In this document: positions 57,333 to 61,486 of the stretch, piece after piece
Layout: every line of letters starts with the position of its first letter
How positions within the stretch are numbered: the first letter of the stretch is position 1
Assembly (NCBI GenBank): GCA_027020665.1
Contig: JALUVJ010000039.1
Span: 1 to 61,486, forward strand
Direction of reading: 5' to 3'
Source: Nitrospira sp.
Lineage (GTDB): Bacteria; Nitrospirota; Nitrospiria; SBBL01; JAADHI01
Length of the DNA: 61,486 nucleotides
Notes under the pieces: generated by a model
Told to the model about the DNA's origin: nothing
The model's input: only the letters and a program-made list of their open reading frames with translations
The model's database searches: none
Translations under genes and position numbers: made by a program

Positions 57333-58814
57333 TTGCTGACACGATCCGCATATCTCTTTATTATTTTTTCGGCATTACTGCTCACCCCGATGCCGAGGCC
57401 CCCGGTGTTCGCGCAACTTATTCCCGCCTTTGAAATCCATTCCAAGATGCATCCTTCCAAACACAGCACCTTAAGCGGCACCGTGCATTTCGATCCCGGC
57501 GCGGGGGCAACGCATTACAAGGTCAAAATCAAGGCCTTTGGCGAAGTTATACATGTCATGCGTTTGGCCGTCGGTGAAGATTTTCAGGTGAATGCCATTG
57601 CACCCGGCTATTATGACTTGGTCATTGAAGCCAACGGCCACACAACCTTGGTAGAGGAAGATGTCATTCGCATTAAAGACAAAAAACGCACGCACATTAC
57701 GGCGCAGATGGTGAAGGCCAAAACAATTTTTCGGGACGGCGACGCCACAAAAACCATCATGTGCAGCGCCTGTCATAAAAAAATTTACAAAGAAATGATT
57801 TTTGGTGAAGGGGCCGATTTCCACACCGGCCCCTGGCCGGGGCCGGACGGCGAATTGATTCACCTGCCGGATTTACAGCGGGATTTTTACGCGAATTCCT
57901 CTCCGGAGCATTTGGCTTTTGTTTCGCCCATTGTGGTCGCCACGATTGCCAAACAACCGAAAGAAAAACAAGACGCCTGCCGATCCTGTCACGCGCCCAG
58001 CCGCATTCTTCAAGGGCCGGGCGAAGTTTCCGCCCCGAAATTACGGGATAAAAACCGTCTTGACGGTGTGACCTGTGCCAGCTGCCACCTGGATCAGGAA
58101 GGCAACGTGCGCGGAAAATATGATCTCTCTGCACCGCATCCGACTGTGCAAGACCCGCTTTTTACAGAAGCCCGCTCCGCAGAGCTTTGCGCCGCCTGTC
58201 ATCAAACCGATTATTCCGCCCCGGCACAGCAGACTTTTTTAGAATGGAAAAACGACTTTGCGCCGCAAGACAATCGTACCTGCCAAAGCTGCCACATGCC
58301 ACGTGATGTCCGGCTTTTTTCAGAAATTTTTTCCGATCGCCCCAAACGCATAATCGGCAGACATCTTTTTGCAGGCGGACACTCCCATTCCATGCTGAAA
58401 AAAGCGGCAACTTTGTCTGTCGTACAAAACCCCGCAGACCCGACACAGCTTCAAATCGGCGTAACCAATAGCGGCGCGGGACACTCCCTGCCCACGGGAC
58501 ACGCCCCAAGGGCGGTCTTGTTACATGTAAAAATTCAAGGCCCTGACGGCACCGTGCTCTTGGATTCTACAAAAAAAGGCCGTCCTCTGGCCGTTTACAC
58601 CGTGCATCCCGGCCTCGGCGCCGCATCCGATACACTGCATCCGGCCATCCGCGCCGGCGCCACTGAAAAAGTGCAGGTCAAACTCGGCGATTCACCCGGT
58701 GCTTACCGTGTCATCGCCGCGCTTTATTACGATCTGGACCGTTTGGTGGACTTTAACGACGACAATTTGCCGCTCATCGCATCCATTGAAACCCGCCTGC
58801 ATCTCGCACCTTGA
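57333..58814 (+). CDS. Pentahaem c-type cytochrome with N-terminal carboxypeptidase-regulatory-like beta-sandwich
   Basis: TTG start and a signal peptide. It has five CXXCH motifs (CSACH, CRSCH, CASCH, CAACH, CQSCH) and the NSGAGHSLPTGH motif typical of c554-like multihaem proteins. Confidence 0.85.
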   Translation: MLTRSAYLFIIFSALLLTPMPRPPVFAQLIPAFEIHSKMHPSKHSTLSGTVHFDPGAGATHYKVKIKAFGEVIHVMRLAVGEDFQVNAIAPGYYDLVIEANGHTTLVEEDVIRIKDKKRTHITAQMVKAKTIFRDGDATKTIMCSACHKKIYKEMIFGEGADFHTGPWPGPDGELIHLPDLQRDFYANSSPEHLAFVSPIVVATIAKQPKEKQDACRSCHAPSRILQGPGEVSAPKLRDKNRLDGVTCASCHLDQEGNVRGKYDLSAPHPTVQDPLFTEARSAELCAACHQTDYSAPAQQTFLEWKNDFAPQDNRTCQSCHMPRDVRLFSEIFSDRPKRIIGRHLFAGGHSHSMLKKAATLSVVQNPADPTQLQIGVTNSGAGHSLPTGHAPRAVLLHVKIQGPDGTVLLDSTKKGRPLAVYTVHPGLGAASDTLHPAIRAGATEKVQVKLGDSPGAYRVIAALYYDLDRLVDFNDDNLPLIASIETRLHLAP

Positions 58815-58970
58815 TCTTTTTGTAGTCCTGTTTGTGCCGGGGCGATCCTTGATTTTGCCTGAAATAAAGGATCGGCTTGCCGCTTCCCGCATTGACCAAT
58901 TGCCGACTTCGCGGTACCTTTTTCCAGATATCCGGATTTAAAAAAGTTATTTTGACTCATAAAAACTTAT

Positions 58971-59040
58971 GGAAGCTCCGATTAAGTCATGCATTGTTTT
59001 TTCGATGCAAAAATTCAATTCGGATTTAATCAGGACTTCC
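58971..59040. repeat. 70-nt palindromic intergenic repeat, full copy
   Basis: GGAAGCTCCGATTAAGTCATGCATT...TTTAATCAGGACTTCC. It ends 17 nt upstream of the 59057 start codon. Confidence 0.8.
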
Positions 59041-59056
59041 TCATAAAGGGTGACCC

Positions 59057-59503
59057 ATGACACAAGATGAATATTTGGAACTGGGTTTGGCTTATATTAA
59101 GAAAAAACAATGGCAATCCGCACTGGAGATTTTGAGCGAAGCTGAAAAACGACACAAAGCCGCCACCGTAGCCCCCCTGCCGCCTCTTATGCTTTCGGCC
59201 CTGGGGGTTTCACTGGCCATGGCCGAAAACAAGGTCATTTCGGGTCTGGCATTATGCGAATCCGCCGTCAAACAGGAAAGTTTCCGGGCACAATTACACT
59301 ATCATTTGGGACTGGTGCATCTCAAAAACGGCAATAAACGGGATGCCATCGCCGCTTTTTACAGAGGTTTGAAATTTAACGCGAGTCATCCCGAAACCAT
59401 CGCAAAACTCTATCAATTGGGCATCCGAAAAAGACGCTCCATCGGCTTGTTGCCGCGCGAAAATTTCCTGAATAAGATCATCGGAAAAGTGGCGAATTCA
59501 TAA
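59057..59503 (+). CDS. Small TPR-like helical repeat protein
   Basis: 148 aa. YLELGLAYIKKKQWQSALEIL and HYHLGLVHLKNGNKRDAIAAFYRGLKFN resemble TPR units. Confidence 0.5.
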   Translation: MTQDEYLELGLAYIKKKQWQSALEILSEAEKRHKAATVAPLPPLMLSALGVSLAMAENKVISGLALCESAVKQESFRAQLHYHLGLVHLKNGNKRDAIAAFYRGLKFNASHPETIAKLYQLGIRKRRSIGLLPRENFLNKIIGKVANS

Positions 59504-59596
59504 GAGCCGCTTTTCCGCCTGCGTGTCGGGTATTTTAATTTATGGCGTGCCACACATTGTGCCATTCGAAGAGGCGCAGGTTTGCCGGAATATCCC

Positions 59597-60571
59597 TTAC
59601 AGCCGCACCCTGGGATCGACCCAGGTATAAGAAATATCCGTCAGAATGAGCCCCAAAATGTAGAGCACCGAGCCTAAAAACACCATCGCACGAACGATGC
59701 TGAAATCCTGGCTGTTGATGGCATCGATGGTATAACTGCCCAAGCCGGGAATACTGAAAAAAGATTCGGTAACGAGGCTGCCCATAAAAAGCAGGGGAAT
59801 AATGACGACCACTCCGGTTAAAATCGGCACAAGGGCGTTTCGCAAGACATGTGTGAAGAGTACACGCAGCTCGGAGAGCCCTTTGGCGCGGGCCGTGCGC
59901 ACGTAGTCTTTTCCGATTTCTTCGAGAAAGATGCTGCGATACCAGCGAGTGCCGCTGCCGATACCGCTGATCAGCCCTATGATGACGGGTAAAATCAGAA
60001 ATTTAATCGCATGAAAGCCCGTATCATAACCGGAAATGGGCACCAATCGAAACATTTTGCTGAATAAAAATTGGCCGCCGATAATGTAAAAGAGCGACGA
60101 AATCGACATCATCGCCACGGCAATGACGACGCCCCAGGTGTCGATATAGCTTGCACGGAAAAAAGCAATGAGCATTGCAACGGTAATATTCACAAAAAGT
60201 CCGACAATGAGGCTCGGCACGGCAATGGCCAGGCTGGGCCACATGCGTTCACGGATGTCCGCGCCGATATTGCGGCCGTCGTCCGCAAAACCGAAATCAA
60301 ATAAAAAAAGGCGCAGGGATTTTTCAAAAAAGATGGTCTGAGTCAATTTCCCCATGCCTTCCGCCTGGGCATTGAATGCAACGGGTTTATCATAACCATG
60401 ATCGGCCTTCCACTTTTCAATGGCCTCCGGAGTGACCCGCTTCATTCCGAGATGAAGGCGCGCCATGTCATCGGGCGTATTCACAACAAAAAAGAGCAAA
60501 AAGGTCAGCAGGTTCACCCCGATTAAAATCGGGACGGCATAAAGGCTGCGCCGGATGATGTAGCTTAGCAT
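59597..60571 (-). CDS. ABC transporter permease, DppB/OppB type
   Basis: MLSYIIRRSLYAVPILIG N-terminus and the EAA-loop region YVRTARAKGLSELRVLFTHVLRNAL. Confidence 0.9.
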   Translation of the reverse strand: MLSYIIRRSLYAVPILIGVNLLTFLLFFVVNTPDDMARLHLGMKRVTPEAIEKWKADHGYDKPVAFNAQAEGMGKLTQTIFFEKSLRLFLFDFGFADDGRNIGADIRERMWPSLAIAVPSLIVGLFVNITVAMLIAFFRASYIDTWGVVIAVAMMSISSLFYIIGGQFLFSKMFRLVPISGYDTGFHAIKFLILPVIIGLISGIGSGTRWYRSIFLEEIGKDYVRTARAKGLSELRVLFTHVLRNALVPILTGVVVIIPLLFMGSLVTESFFSIPGLGSYTIDAINSQDFSIVRAMVFLGSVLYILGLILTDISYTWVDPRVRL

Positions 60572-60575
60572 GGCG

Positions 60576-61486
60576 TCAAATTCCTCGTTCTTTTTTACGG
60601 TAACTTATGATGGCCGGCGCCGTTCCGGCAAAAAAGAGGGCCGCAATGACAGCCAGCGGCCACCAGCGGGGCTTGTTCCATTCCGCCCGTTTTGCACTGC
60701 GCAAGACCGGATCTATCTTTTTATATTTCAAGGTATTGTTAGCCATCAGATTGGGTTTAATATTGCCCTGCCAGGCATGATACAAACCAAACTGTTTTGG
60801 GTGAAACCCGGAAACCCAAGGCACATCACGCCGGACAATGTCGACCATTTCGTTGATGATTTCCTGCCGTTTAGGGCTGTTTTCCATATTTTTCATTTTT
60901 TCAAAGAGGGCATCAAAACGCGGGTTGGCATAGTTCGCCGCATTTTCACCGTTTTTACGGGCTTTGGCATTGGGTCCGTAGAGCAAAAACAGGAAGTTTT
61001 CAGGATCGGGGTAGTCGGCGTTCCAGCCCCACTGAAACATTTGTGCGGTGCCTTTTAACATCTTATCTTGAAAACGGTTGTAGTCGGTATTGCGGATGAC
61101 CAGTTGAATCTGAAGTTTTTCAAATTGTTTGCGCATCCAATCAAAATTGGCCTTTACCTCCGGCCCCGTGCCGGTCGTATCAAAGTGAATGATCAACGGC
61201 TTTCCCGTTTCTTTATGCCGTCCATTCGGATAACCGGCCTCGGCCAAAAGTTTCCGGGCGGCCTCAATCGGTTTTCTTTTGGGTTTGCCATCGACCCAAT
61301 CATAAACGTAAGGGTTGATGCCCGCTTCGCCTTCGAGATAACCGAAGATGCCGGGCGGCAACGGCCCCTGCATGGCGATGCCCCGGCCATTTCGAAAGAT
61401 GGCGATCGATTCTTCCTGATCGACGGCAATGGCGATGGCCTGACGGATCAGGCGTGCGGATTCGGTATTCCCGCCCACGATGGGAT
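60576..61486 (-). CDS. Partial CDS: family-5 (peptide/nickel) ABC substrate-binding protein, C-terminal part; the gene continues past the window end
   Basis: FQWGWNADYPDPENFL is the family-5 SBP signature region. The C-terminus carries a hydrophobic helix WWPLAVIAALFFAGTAPAII. It stops 4 nt before the permease start. Confidence 0.85.
   Translation of the reverse strand, partial: PIVGGNTESARLIRQAIAIAVDQEESIAIFRNGRGIAMQGPLPPGIFGYLEGEAGINPYVYDWVDGKPKRKPIEAARKLLAEAGYPNGRHKETGKPLIIHFDTTGTGPEVKANFDWMRKQFEKLQIQLVIRNTDYNRFQDKMLKGTAQMFQWGWNADYPDPENFLFLLYGPNAKARKNGENAANYANPRFDALFEKMKNMENSPKRQEIINEMVDIVRRDVPWVSGFHPKQFGLYHAWQGNIKPNLMANNTLKYKKIDPVLRSAKRAEWNKPRWWPLAVIAALFFAGTAPAIISYRKKERGI

Overview
This is a 61.5-kb, gene-dense chromosomal segment. 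It comes from a diderm (Gram-negative-type) bacterium, judged from lipobox lipoproteins, an outer-membrane beta-barrel, an AmpG-type permease, PgpA and periplasmic multihaem cytochromes. I cannot assign a taxon from the sequence alone. About 60 protein genes lie on both strands. I found no rRNA, tRNA, CRISPR array, transposase, integrase or phage genes.

Most genes are housekeeping:
- guaB-guaA, uvrB, trpS, rsmD-coaD-aspartate aminotransferase, and argB with hslVU.
- A ygfZ-type gene followed by DUF77 and pdxB.
- A PPIase-glmM operon and the block pgpA-pncC-thpR-recA-pilT-recX.
- thyA-folA and the end of a peptide-type ABC importer.

The non-routine content is as follows:
1. A four-gene same-strand cluster (44.5-50.6 kb) encodes a cholesterol-oxidase-like GMC flavoprotein, a lipase-like alpha/beta hydrolase, an acetoacetate-decarboxylase-fold protein and a patatin. 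The GMC enzyme and the patatin carry the same uncharacterised C-terminal module of about 200 aa. This is my best candidate for an undescribed system.
2. A minus-strand operon contains a ClpX paralogue that lacks the zinc-binding N-domain, together with three unknown proteins (50.6-53.5 kb).
3. Two tandem FGE-sulfatase-fold lipoproteins lack the catalytic Cys pair.
4. Two multihaem c-type cytochromes sit in odd contexts.
5. There is a HigB/HigA toxin-antitoxin islet.
6. At least two families of dispersed palindromic or MITE-like intergenic repeats are present. One is a 165-bp element with perfect 21-bp termini that supply the stop codons of both flanking genes.

All functional calls come from motif-level reading of the supplied translations. 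No database search was run.
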